From the NCBI GenBank assembly GCA_964367975.1, contig CAYIYS010000006.1, positions 1 to 24,000 on the forward strand: 24,000 nucleotides of DNA, in the 5' to 3' direction. The notes under the pieces are model-generated. The model did not search any database and had not been told where the DNA came from. It saw only the letters and a program-made list of their open reading frames with translations. Shown one piece after another: positions 1 through 6,856 of this stretch. The stretch is from an uncultured Eubacteriales bacterium. GTDB taxonomy: Bacteria > Bacillota_I > Bacilli_A > RFN20 > UBA1709. Every line of letters begins with the position of its first letter. The first letter of the stretch is position 1. Position numbers and translations under genes: made by a program.

Positions 1-1
1 T

Positions 2-304
2 TCTTTTAATAATATAGCCCAGTCCTTGAACCATTCCATTCTTTATTCCTCTATTTCAACAAGCGAGGTCATGGAGATGGTATTTGTAGGTATCAATCAA
101 GAAAACTTTGAAAAAAAGGTGGTTGAATTTTTACAATCATCTAAGGCGAATATACCATTAACATTATCTTACTATTACTATAATCACGATGGTTCGTTCT
201 GTGAAATTAATCAGTGCGATAGTGTCCAATTAAAGATTGCCAGTCAAAGCGGTATCATCAAATTAGCGAAAGAATTTAATTATCAAGTGAGTTTTAATTT
301 ATGA
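2..304 (+). CDS. Hypothetical protein, C-terminal fragment with the frame open to the 5' window edge; first visible gene of the Tad-like cluster
   Basis: There is no in-frame stop between nt 2 and the TTG at 26 used by the ORF track, so the real start is probably upstream of the window. The TGA stop overlaps the next ATG (ATGA, 301-304). I recognise no motif. Confidence 0.4.
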   Translation, partial: SFNNIAQSLNHSILYSSISTSEVMEMVFVGINQENFEKKVVEFLQSSKANIPLTLSYYYYNHDGSFCEINQCDSVQLKIASQSGIIKLAKEFNYQVSFNL

Positions 305-1353
305 AGTCATTAGCTGGAACGTTTCTAGAAGAATCGATCTTTGGTCAGTACTTTAACGAAAATGTCTCAGAAATATCTTTTAATGGGAGCGAGGTCTATA
401 TCAATTACATCAATCAACCGCGTGCAAAATTAGAGTTAGAGTTTGATAGTGATTCGGCTTATGATTTTGTTCGTCATATTGCTGATTTAACTGGCAAGAA
501 TTTCAATAACACCACACCAATTCTCGATGTCTCTTTTGATAATTATCGTATCAATGCTATTCATTCAAGTGTAGCTAGTTGTAATAATGAAGGGGCCATT
601 ACTTTCATTATTAGATTAATTTATCCTTCTTTTCGGATAAAAAAAGATGATCCTCAACTCTGTAATATTAAGGTGCATCATTTATTAGCCAAGATTATTA
701 AGGATAACCATTCAATTATGATTAGTGGGGTGACAGGCGCAGGTAAAAGTGAACTGCAAAAGTATTTGATATCTTTAATTCCAAAATATCATCGAATTGT
801 CATGATTGAAGATACTTATGAAACGCATATCAAAGAGTTAATCTCCGATTTAGATATCAATATTTGGATAGCTAAAAGTGTGCCTTTATCATATCGCGAA
901 AATCTTCAAAAATTAATCAAGGCGGGCTTAAGAAATAATCCCGATTGGTTGATGATTTCGGAAGTCAGAGGCAATGAAATGGTTGATTTATTGCAAACAG
1001 TCAGTTCAGGGATTTCAATTATTACAACGATTCATGCTCAAAGTGCGCTAGACACACCGGGTCGGATGTTGATGCTACTAACCGAAGCCAGTCATCTAAA
1101 TCTTGAACATTTAGCAACTGAAATCTATTCGCATATTCATATCTATATTCATCTGCGTAAGAGTTATTCGCCAAAGGGTCTGATTAACCGTTATATCAGC
1201 GAGATTGCGGTTGCTAATATTGTTAATAATCAGAAAGTTTTATATTTAATTTATGCTAATGATGATGAGGGAAATCAATTTTTTGATGGCTTAGATGAAA
1301 CGACTGCCAAACTGTTAAAAGTAAAGGAGAGATGGTATGAAGGAAAGTATTAA
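301..1353 (+). CDS. tadA: CpaF/TadA/VirB11-type secretion NTPase (T2SS-E family), 350 aa
   Basis: Walker A GVTGAGKS, an acidic box MIEDTYE, Walker B-like DWLMISEVRG and a His-box TTIHA appear in the order typical of T2SS-E/CpaF ATPases. The start is coupled to the upstream ORF by an ATGA overlap. Confidence 0.8.
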   Translation: MKSLAGTFLEESIFGQYFNENVSEISFNGSEVYINYINQPRAKLELEFDSDSAYDFVRHIADLTGKNFNNTTPILDVSFDNYRINAIHSSVASCNNEGAITFIIRLIYPSFRIKKDDPQLCNIKVHHLLAKIIKDNHSIMISGVTGAGKSELQKYLISLIPKYHRIVMIEDTYETHIKELISDLDINIWIAKSVPLSYRENLQKLIKAGLRNNPDWLMISEVRGNEMVDLLQTVSSGISIITTIHAQSALDTPGRMLMLLTEASHLNLEHLATEIYSHIHIYIHLRKSYSPKGLINRYISEIAVANIVNNQKVLYLIYANDDEGNQFFDGLDETTAKLLKVKERWYEGKY

Positions 1354-2044
1354 TCTCAAAGGCTTAGGCTATGTAATTGCTTTTTCTGCCGGCTTTATAG
1401 TTTTTGCTTTTTATTTATTAGACAACATTATTTTTAGTATTGTACTCGGTATTATCTGTTTTCTAATTGGTTACAAGATTGTCATAAACTACCTACTGAA
1501 AGTTAAAGATTATTTAAATCGCCTCGATGAATTGCATACATTTACTACCTCAATAACCATGCAACTTTCATCAACTCCTTCGGCTTTTGAATCAATTCAG
1601 CAATGTGAGCCTTATTTTAAAAGTGGAGTTAAGCAAGTTTTTCAACAATATGGCGATGATATGCAAGAATTTTTGGAAGCTTTAAGCCCACTATTTAGAA
1701 ATAAATCATTTGATGTTTTTGCAAAACTCTTGTTGATTTATGAAAAATCAGGTGGTGATATTCTGCATATTTCTAACTCCATTTTAGAGGAAATTGCTTT
1801 TAAAAAAAGTAGTGCGGAAGAACTATATCGAATCAAGAAAAGAAAAATAGTGGAACTATTTACGATGTGGTTTTTTGCCTTTATCTCCTTGTTTTATTTA
1901 AGAGTCGGACTTGAGTCTTATTATTTAGAGATGGTGCAAGGCAATTTATTAATCGCCGTTGTGTTAGCTTTATTGCTTTTCTTACTAAGTGGGGCCAAAG
2001 CCTTTTTGGGCTTAAAGGGTGTCAGTTTTGAGGGGGAATTATAA
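1337..2044 (+). CDS. TadB-like (T2SS-F single-domain) integral membrane protein, 235 aa
   Basis: RBS GGAGAG lies 6 nt upstream, and the start overlaps the ATPase gene by 17 nt. The protein has N-terminal hydrophobic helices, a soluble helical middle and two C-terminal hydrophobic helices, which is the TadB/TadC layout. Confidence 0.6.
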   Translation: MKESINLKGLGYVIAFSAGFIVFAFYLLDNIIFSIVLGIICFLIGYKIVINYLLKVKDYLNRLDELHTFTTSITMQLSSTPSAFESIQQCEPYFKSGVKQVFQQYGDDMQEFLEALSPLFRNKSFDVFAKLLLIYEKSGGDILHISNSILEEIAFKKSSAEELYRIKKRKIVELFTMWFFAFISLFYLRVGLESYYLEMVQGNLLIAVVLALLLFLLSGAKAFLGLKGVSFEGEL

Positions 2045-2541
2045 TGATATTAGAAAAAATCAAGCAAAAATTTCCAATTAAAAAGAAAGAAGATAATACC
2101 AAAATCCAATTTCAATTCATTTCTTTTTTGGCTTATTTCAATGCTTTTTTGACCTGTGGCGAAAACGTTTATCAAGCCCTTAAATCAACTAGTGAAAGTG
2201 TTGATGGGAAACTGCAAATGGATGCATCAGATTTATTGCATGAGATAGATATTGATAAATCCATCAATCCTTTTTTGCATTTTGCTAATAAGTTTAATAA
2301 TGAAACAATCTCACAAATAATTACCATGATCTATCAATTTTCTGTTAATGGCGTGGGAGAAGATAGAATCGTGGCGATGATACCTTTACTAGATCGTCTA
2401 AAAAACATCACAATAAATGAATATATTAAAAAAGAGAGTAGTGACTTAAATTTATATTTATCAACTCCTTTGATCGGAATCTCGATTGTGAGTGTCTTCT
2501 TTTCATTAGGGGTATTGGCAACTATTATGGCAGGTGTTTAA
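2044..2541 (+). CDS. TadC-like (T2SS-F-like) membrane protein, 165 aa
   Basis: TAATG stop/start overlap with the previous gene and RBS GAGGGGGA upstream. A helical soluble region is followed by a C-terminal hydrophobic helix (LIGISIVSVFFSLGVLATIMAG). It sits where the second platform gene is expected, after the ATPase. Confidence 0.5.
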   Translation: MILEKIKQKFPIKKKEDNTKIQFQFISFLAYFNAFLTCGENVYQALKSTSESVDGKLQMDASDLLHEIDIDKSINPFLHFANKFNNETISQIITMIYQFSVNGVGEDRIVAMIPLLDRLKNITINEYIKKESSDLNLYLSTPLIGISIVSVFFSLGVLATIMAGV

Positions 2542-2881
2542 GGTGTCAAATAAAGTGAGTTTATTGTTGTGCATGTTGTTTTTGTTAGAATTTGTCATTT
2601 TCTGTGGCGACATTATCGGCTATCAATTAGCCTTATCGAAAGCTTATAGCGTTATTAACTATGTTAACGCTTATATTGAAGAGAAAGGAGAGGTGGATGA
2701 TGAAATTCAAATTTATGTCGAACAAACGCTTAAGAGCAACATTATCTGTGCTGATACCTGTCATGTTAGTAGTGGTTCAAATCTTGACTATCATGTGGAG
2801 ATCCCCTACCGACCTGTTTTGGCAATTCTTCAAAAAAATACTAGTGGTTTTGTTATAACCCAAAGAGTTTACATCAAATAA
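2534..2881 (+). CDS. Membrane-anchored protein of the pilus cluster, possibly a TadE-like pseudopilin; 115 aa
   Basis: The GTG start overlaps the previous stop. An in-frame GTG at 2555 preceded by AGGTG is an alternative start. The N-terminal hydrophobic segment contains LLEFVIF and is followed by a soluble domain. The TadE-like assignment rests only on position and architecture. Confidence 0.45.
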   Translation: MFKVSNKVSLLLCMLFLLEFVIFCGDIIGYQLALSKAYSVINYVNAYIEEKGEVDDEIQIYVEQTLKSNIICADTCHVSSGSNLDYHVEIPYRPVLAILQKNTSGFVITQRVYIK

Positions 2882-2894
2882 GGAGGTGAAATTA

Positions 2895-3055
2895 TGGGAG
2901 AATTTAAAGCGCAAATCCTAGGGATTATTTTAGTTTTAGGCATATTTGGTGTTTTAGCTGGGCCGGTAAAGGAAACTTTTACTGGAGCTTGGAGCCAGAT
3001 TGCCACTCAAGTAAGTACAGAAATTAGTAATGCAATTACTCCACCGCCCACTTAG
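2895..3055 (+). pseudogene. Flp-type pilin-like small ORF, frame-disrupted
   Basis: RBS AAGGAGGTGA (2881-2890) precedes the ATG at 2895. That frame reads MGEFKAQILGIILVLAYLVF and stops at TAG 2955-2957. The -1 frame is open from 2909 to TAG 3053-3055 with no ATG, GTG or TTG start, and encodes ...IFGVLAGPVKETFTGAWSQIATQVSTEISNAITPPPT. Adding one base near 2940 joins the two into a 53-aa protein with one hydrophobic helix. Confidence 0.5.
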
Positions 3056-3118
3056 GAGCAAGATGCGGGGAACTTTGATTCGAACCCTACACAGCCTTGA
3101 TAGTTCTAAAATTATTCT

Positions 3119-3147
3119 TTGCTTAATAAACAATTCTTTGCTATAAT
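3119..3147 (+). promoter_or_regulatory. Sigma-70-type promoter for the acyl carrier protein gene
   Basis: TTGCTT (3119-3124), a 17-nt spacer, then TATAAT (3142-3147), 24 nt upstream of the RBS GAGGTGAAG and the ATG at 3171. Confidence 0.6.
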
Positions 3148-3170
3148 CAATTCGTGTGAGGTGAAGTTTT

Positions 3171-3389
3171 ATGGATTACCAAAAGGAATTTATTGAACTA
3201 TTGAAACAAAAAGTCGGAAACAAAGAAATTAAAGAAGAGACAGATTTAAGAGGGTTAGGAATTGATTCATTAGATTTGGTTGAAATTATTATGCAAGCAG
3301 AAGAAAAGTTTGGCATTCAATTTACTAATGAAGAATTAAATAGCTTTCAAACTGTTAAAGATGTTGTTGCAGCAATTAAATCAAAGTAA
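3171..3389 (+). CDS. acpP: Acyl carrier protein, 72 aa
   Basis: The phosphopantetheine attachment motif GIDSLD is present, and size and acidic helical composition are typical of ACP. The gene has its own promoter and terminator, and no fab or pls genes are adjacent. Confidence 0.8.
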   Translation: MDYQKEFIELLKQKVGNKEIKEETDLRGLGIDSLDLVEIIMQAEEKFGIQFTNEELNSFQTVKDVVAAIKSK

Positions 3390-3400
3390 AGTAGCAATAT

Positions 3401-3428
3401 AAAACCGACCTTAAAAGGTTGGTTTTTT
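3401..3428 (+). terminator. Rho-independent terminator after acpP
   Basis: The arm AAAACCGACC (3401-3410) pairs with GGTTGGTTTT (3417-3426), with one G:T pair and a 6-nt loop, and the structure runs into a T tract. Confidence 0.6.
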
Positions 3429-3444
3429 ATAAGGATGGTAAAAT

Positions 3445-5328
3445 ATGGCATTATTAGAAGTGAATAAATTAAGAAAAGACTTCGCGGGTGAAGTCCTTTT
3501 TGATAATGTCAATTTCGCTATTAATAAAGGCGATAAGCTCGCAATTATTGGTAATAATGGGACCGGTAAAACCACTATCCTCAAGATTATTCTCAAGCAA
3601 TTGGATGCCGATGGTGGTAATGTCAACATCTCACATAACACAAGTGTTGGCTATTTATCACAAGTGATGATTCACTCATTTGATAACACTTTGCATGAAG
3701 AAATGCTCATTTCTTTTGCTGAAGTAATTGCTAAGGGCGAAGAGTTAAAAAAAGTAACTAAGGAGTTAGCGAAAGACCCCACTAATGAAATCTTACTAAA
3801 ACGTTATGGTGTTTTAGAAAACGCCTTTATGAGTATGCATGGGTATGATTATGAGTATTTAATCTCAACCATGGTTTCTAAGTTTGGCTTTAGCAAGAAT
3901 GATTATGAGCGAAAGATTTCCTCTTTTAGTGGTGGAGAAAGAAATAAAATAGCTTTTACTAAATTATTACTTTCTAAACCTGATATCTTAATTTTAGATG
4001 AACCAACCAACCATCTAGATGTCACCACTATTGAGTGGTTAGAAGATTATTTAAAGAATTATGAGGGCAGTGTCTTAATTGTCTCTCATGATAGATATTT
4101 TATTGATAATGTCTGTAATGGTGTGGTGGAAATTGCTAACCATACCTCGGATTTTTATTCCGGCAATTATTCATTCTATCTCAATGAAAAAGTGGTTAGA
4201 TATGAACAACAAATGACGGCTTTTAATTTGCAACAAAAAGAGATTGAACATCTCGAGATGTTGATTAAAAAGTTTAAACCCAAGCCGACCAAAGTCAGTT
4301 TGGCCAGAGATCGGGAAAAGAAATTGGCTCGAGTCTTAGAAAATAAGATTGATGCTCCCAAAAACAGAACCAAAGCCATTCATTTAAATTTAAAGACAGT
4401 TGATGAGCGAAGAGTTCGGCAAATGACACTTAGTAACTTGCGGTTTGGTTACCAAGAGCCACTAACTGATAATGCTTTAGATTTAGCGGTTTTCTTTGGC
4501 GATAAGATTGGTATTATTGGCCCGAACGGTTCGGGTAAAACCACTTTGCTAAAAACGCTGGCTGAAATGTTACCAATGCTAGCGGGTAAGTATCAAAAGC
4601 ATCGGGAACTTAGGAAGGGTTATATAGACCAAAATCAAATTCAAATTTCCTCTTCCAAATCAGTTTTTGATTACTTTCATGATGACTATCCGCTCTTATC
4701 AAATTATGATGTACGCCATAAACTTGGAGCTTTTCTATTTACTGGTGATGATGTTGAAAAAAGAGTTGATGATTTGTCGGGTGGCGAAAAAGTTCGATTA
4801 TCTTTTGCTAAACTAATCATGAAAAAATATGATATTTTGTTATTAGATGAACCGACTAACCATTTGGATATGGATACTCGTAAAGTACTGGAGAGTGCTT
4901 TAAGTGAATATGTAGGAACCATTATCTTTGTTTCGCATGATAGATACTTTATCGATGAATTAGCGACATCTATTATTGCAGTTGATAATCGCCAAGTGAA
5001 AGTATTCAATGGCAACTATAATCAATATAAACAACACTTAAAGGGTATTGAAGTGACTGTTGAAGATAAAATCGCAGAAAACGTAAATACTTCTAAAGAA
5101 GAAAAAGTTAAAACTGTTAAAAAGGCTTCGCGCTTATCACCGGAAAAGATAGAAGGAAAAATCTCGCAACTCGAGGCTGAAATTGAAAGCATAAAAGAGT
5201 TGATGTTTGAAGAAGAGTATTATACTGATTCAAGAAAAATGAATGAATTAGATGAGCAGATAACCGATAAGAAGATTGAACTTTCAAAGTTAGAACAAGA
5301 TTATCTTGAAACAATGAAAGGAAGCTAA
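3445..5328 (+). CDS. ABC-F family ATPase: two ABC domains, no transmembrane domain, C-terminal coiled coil; 627 aa
   Basis: Two Walker A motifs (GNNGTGKT, GPNGSGKT), two signature motifs (SGGERNK, SGGEKVR) and two Walker B motifs (ILILDEPTNHLD, ILLLDEPTNHLD). There is an inter-domain linker and a Lys/Glu-rich C-terminal tail. Confidence 0.85.
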   Translation: MALLEVNKLRKDFAGEVLFDNVNFAINKGDKLAIIGNNGTGKTTILKIILKQLDADGGNVNISHNTSVGYLSQVMIHSFDNTLHEEMLISFAEVIAKGEELKKVTKELAKDPTNEILLKRYGVLENAFMSMHGYDYEYLISTMVSKFGFSKNDYERKISSFSGGERNKIAFTKLLLSKPDILILDEPTNHLDVTTIEWLEDYLKNYEGSVLIVSHDRYFIDNVCNGVVEIANHTSDFYSGNYSFYLNEKVVRYEQQMTAFNLQQKEIEHLEMLIKKFKPKPTKVSLARDREKKLARVLENKIDAPKNRTKAIHLNLKTVDERRVRQMTLSNLRFGYQEPLTDNALDLAVFFGDKIGIIGPNGSGKTTLLKTLAEMLPMLAGKYQKHRELRKGYIDQNQIQISSSKSVFDYFHDDYPLLSNYDVRHKLGAFLFTGDDVEKRVDDLSGGEKVRLSFAKLIMKKYDILLLDEPTNHLDMDTRKVLESALSEYVGTIIFVSHDRYFIDELATSIIAVDNRQVKVFNGNYNQYKQHLKGIEVTVEDKIAENVNTSKEEKVKTVKKASRLSPEKIEGKISQLEAEIESIKELMFEEEYYTDSRKMNELDEQITDKKIELSKLEQDYLETMKGS

Positions 5329-5340
5329 GCTGTTACTATT

Positions 5341-5380
5341 GAAAAGCAAGAATTAAAATGATACAATACACTTGCTTTTC
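5341..5380 (+). terminator. Hairpin terminator after the ABC-F gene
   Basis: A perfect 10-bp stem, GAAAAGCAAG (5341-5350) with CTTGCTTTTC (5371-5380). The 20-nt loop contains TGATACAAT, an extended -10-like sequence placed upstream of tRNA-Trp. Confidence 0.5.
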
Positions 5381-5387
5381 GATTATT

Positions 5388-5461
5388 AGGGGTGTGGTTC
5401 AATGGTAGAACAGAGGTCTCCAAAACCTTTGACGAGGGTTCGATTCCTTTCACCCCTGCCA
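5388..5461 (+). tRNA. tRNA-Trp (anticodon CCA), CCA end encoded
   Basis: A manual cloverleaf fits: acceptor AGGGGTG/CACCCCT, D arm GTTC-AATGGTA-GAAC, anticodon stem GAGGT/ACCTT with loop CTCCAAA, T loop TTCGATT, discriminator G and an encoded CCA. Confidence 0.85.
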
Positions 5462-5471
5462 TTATTGAATA
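5442..5471 (+). repeat. att-like direct repeat, copy 1 (3' end of tRNA-Trp plus 10 nt)
   Basis: GATTCCTTTCACCCCTGCCATTATTGAATA matches 6857-6886 at 26 of 30 positions. Confidence 0.75.
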
Positions 5472-5479
5472 GAACAACG

Positions 5480-5510
5480 GGAACTCCTTATTTTATGGGA
5501 GTTTTTTGTT
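5480..5510 (+). terminator. Rho-independent terminator downstream of tRNA-Trp
   Basis: AACTCC (5482-5487) pairs with GGAGTT (5498-5503), followed by TTTTTTGTTT. Confidence 0.5.
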
Positions 5511-5695
5511 TAAACCTTTTATGATACAAGAAATTGTGCGAATTTATAAGTCATCTATCACTTTTATGGCTTGAACGATTGGTTATTCTTAGCTTTCCAG
5601 ACTCTGATGTCGGTTGGGGATATTTTGTCAATTACGCGTTTTCTAGAATTTTGGCAATAGGCCATTGGAGGCTATCCTTACGATAACCTCATTTT

Positions 5696-5731
5696 AATAA
5701 AAAAGGGGATTAGTCTATTGACCAATCCCTT
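5696..5731 (-). terminator. Rho-independent terminator of the MazF-like gene (minus strand)
   Basis: On the minus strand, GGGATT and AATCCC arms (plus-strand 5705-5711 and 5724-5730) are followed by CTTTTTATT. Confidence 0.55.
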
Positions 5732-5792
5732 AGGCTCAATGGAGCCTCTGTGTCTAATTGAATATGGGCCTAAGCCTCTGTTCAATTTCATA

Positions 5793-6605
5793 CTACTCGA
5801 TTCGGGTTGTTTTGTCAACGTTTTCGAAAGTGAATTTTTCTACTAGAGCTTTGTCAATATCAATCATAGCTTCTTTATTAACTTTTACTCCAATGATTGG
5901 ATCGTATTTGTTGAAAACAAGAATTCTATCTTTGCTTATAGTAGTTATATTTTCGATCAATACATAACTAATCCCCGCCAGATTTTCGTATGCGTCAAAT
6001 AAGGGCGATATTCTTTCGTAATCTTTTTGTATACTTTTGCACTCGCTTATTAATTCAGTTTATTCTTTTTTTATTTCGGCAATTAATTTGTCATTTTCTC
6101 CCTTTTCAACTAAATCATTCGTGGCTGAAACAATATTAATTTTTCTTTTGGTTGTTGCAGCTTTTGCTTGTGCAAATTCTGTTCTTTCGCCAAAATTGAG
6201 ATCTTTACATTTTGTGAGTAATCTATTCGTTAAATCGAGAGAGATGAAGTGTTTTAATGTAAGATAGTGTGGTTTGTGCTTTGATGATAAAGGAACCACA
6301 GTGAGAGTGGCGTTCCGTTTGTTGTCTGTTTTGTTAAGAACAATAGCGTAATGAATCATTGACAATTCGCTTCCAAAATTGAGACCGAAATTGACTCTTA
6401 CTAATTGACCTCTTTTATAGATTCTGTATTTTTTCTTTTCAGTGTTATTTTGCTCAAAAGAAAATTGGTTTGCTTGAAGTAAAAGGAATCGAGATAAACT
6501 TCTGAATTTGCCTTTTCCATTTGAATTATTTTGTATCGTTTTGAATTTATCGAAAGCCTCATCTATTCTTTCTTCGTGTGTTATATTGGTTTTTTCCTTG
6601 TTCAT
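5793..6605 (-). pseudogene. Full-length PemK/MazF-like gene, about 270 codons, interrupted by one in-frame TAA at 6060-6062
   Basis: The same frame stays open for 88 more codons after the TAA, to TAG at 5793-5795. That part encodes ...GISYVLIENITTISKDRILVFNKYDPIIGVKVNKEAMIDIDKALVEKF, which resembles the C-terminal MazF segment (compare B. subtilis EndoA ...SVILLEQIRTIDKQRL...MDKVDEAL, quoted from memory). It has no start codon or RBS of its own. Confidence 0.55.
6060..6605 (-). CDS. PemK/MazF-fold protein, N-terminal portion as far as the in-frame TAA; 181 aa
   Basis: YKRGQLVRVNFGLNFGSELSMIHYAIVLNK...ATLTVVPLSSK matches the first beta-strands of MazF/PemK toxins, including the G-S-E loop and the V-x-P-L-[ST]-S pattern. 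RBS GAAGGGAAA lies upstream of the ATG at 6605. Confidence 0.65.
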   Translation of the reverse strand: MNKEKTNITHEERIDEAFDKFKTIQNNSNGKGKFRSLSRFLLLQANQFSFEQNNTEKKKYRIYKRGQLVRVNFGLNFGSELSMIHYAIVLNKTDNKRNATLTVVPLSSKHKPHYLTLKHFISLDLTNRLLTKCKDLNFGERTEFAQAKAATTKRKINIVSATNDLVEKGENDKLIAEIKKE

Positions 6606-6856
6606 AGTTTATTTTCCCTTCTCTTTTCCTTGTTCGTGTGTTAATTGAGAGTTTTCTCTTAATTTTTCAATGCAAAAACGGTCATAAATATATCACCTCA
6701 CCATAATAATATCGTTTTTTGAGTAAAAATCCCCAAAAACCCATTGGCAGAGTTAAAAATAATCGCTTTACTTGTGCTAGAATTAAATTAACTCGAAAGG
6801 GGTACATATGGATATAATAGTTATTAGTCCAAAAAGATCTGAAAAAGTCCATTTTT

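Larger units (their letters stand above)
5472..5792. other. Non-coding left part of the islet
   Basis: This stretch holds only ORFs of 33 aa or fewer on either strand, plus the tRNA terminator and the minus-strand terminator of the MazF-like gene. Confidence 0.4.
5472..6856. mobile_element. Remnant of a tRNA-Trp-integrated element (about 1.4-kb islet, no integrase)
   Basis: The islet is bounded by the intact tRNA 3' end and a degenerate copy of it 1415 bp downstream. Its only sizeable gene is on the minus strand, opposite to almost all flanking genes. Confidence 0.5.

Noticed and set aside
2661-2858. A 65-aa plus-strand ORF nested in another frame of the 2534-2881 gene
   Set aside because: It lies wholly inside a gene that is translationally coupled to its neighbours, and it has no RBS.
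3066-3095. tRNA-like T-loop string GATTCGAACCC after the pilin ORF
   Set aside because: Only the TTCGAA core is present. No acceptor, D or anticodon arms can be folded around it.
3411-5314. Four minus-strand ORFs (3411-3641, 4176-4379, 4704-5015, 5117-5314) inside or overlapping the ABC-F gene
   Set aside because: They lie antisense to a CDS with unambiguous ABC motifs. They have low-complexity Ser/Leu/Phe-rich composition typical of the reverse frame of AT-rich genes, and they have no RBS.
5564-5665. A 33-aa minus-strand ORF (MAYCQNSRKRVIDKISPTDIRVWKAKNNQSFKP) considered as an integrase remnant next to tRNA-Trp
   Set aside because: It is too short and carries no diagnostic recombinase residues. 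The idea is only worth testing by tBLASTn, as noted in the islet finding.
5758-6267. Two plus-strand ORFs (5758-5967 and 6037-6267) in the islet
   Set aside because: They lie antisense to the MazF-like reading frame, which has recognisable fold motifs, an RBS and a terminator. They are Ser/Ile/Leu/Phe-rich and have no RBS.
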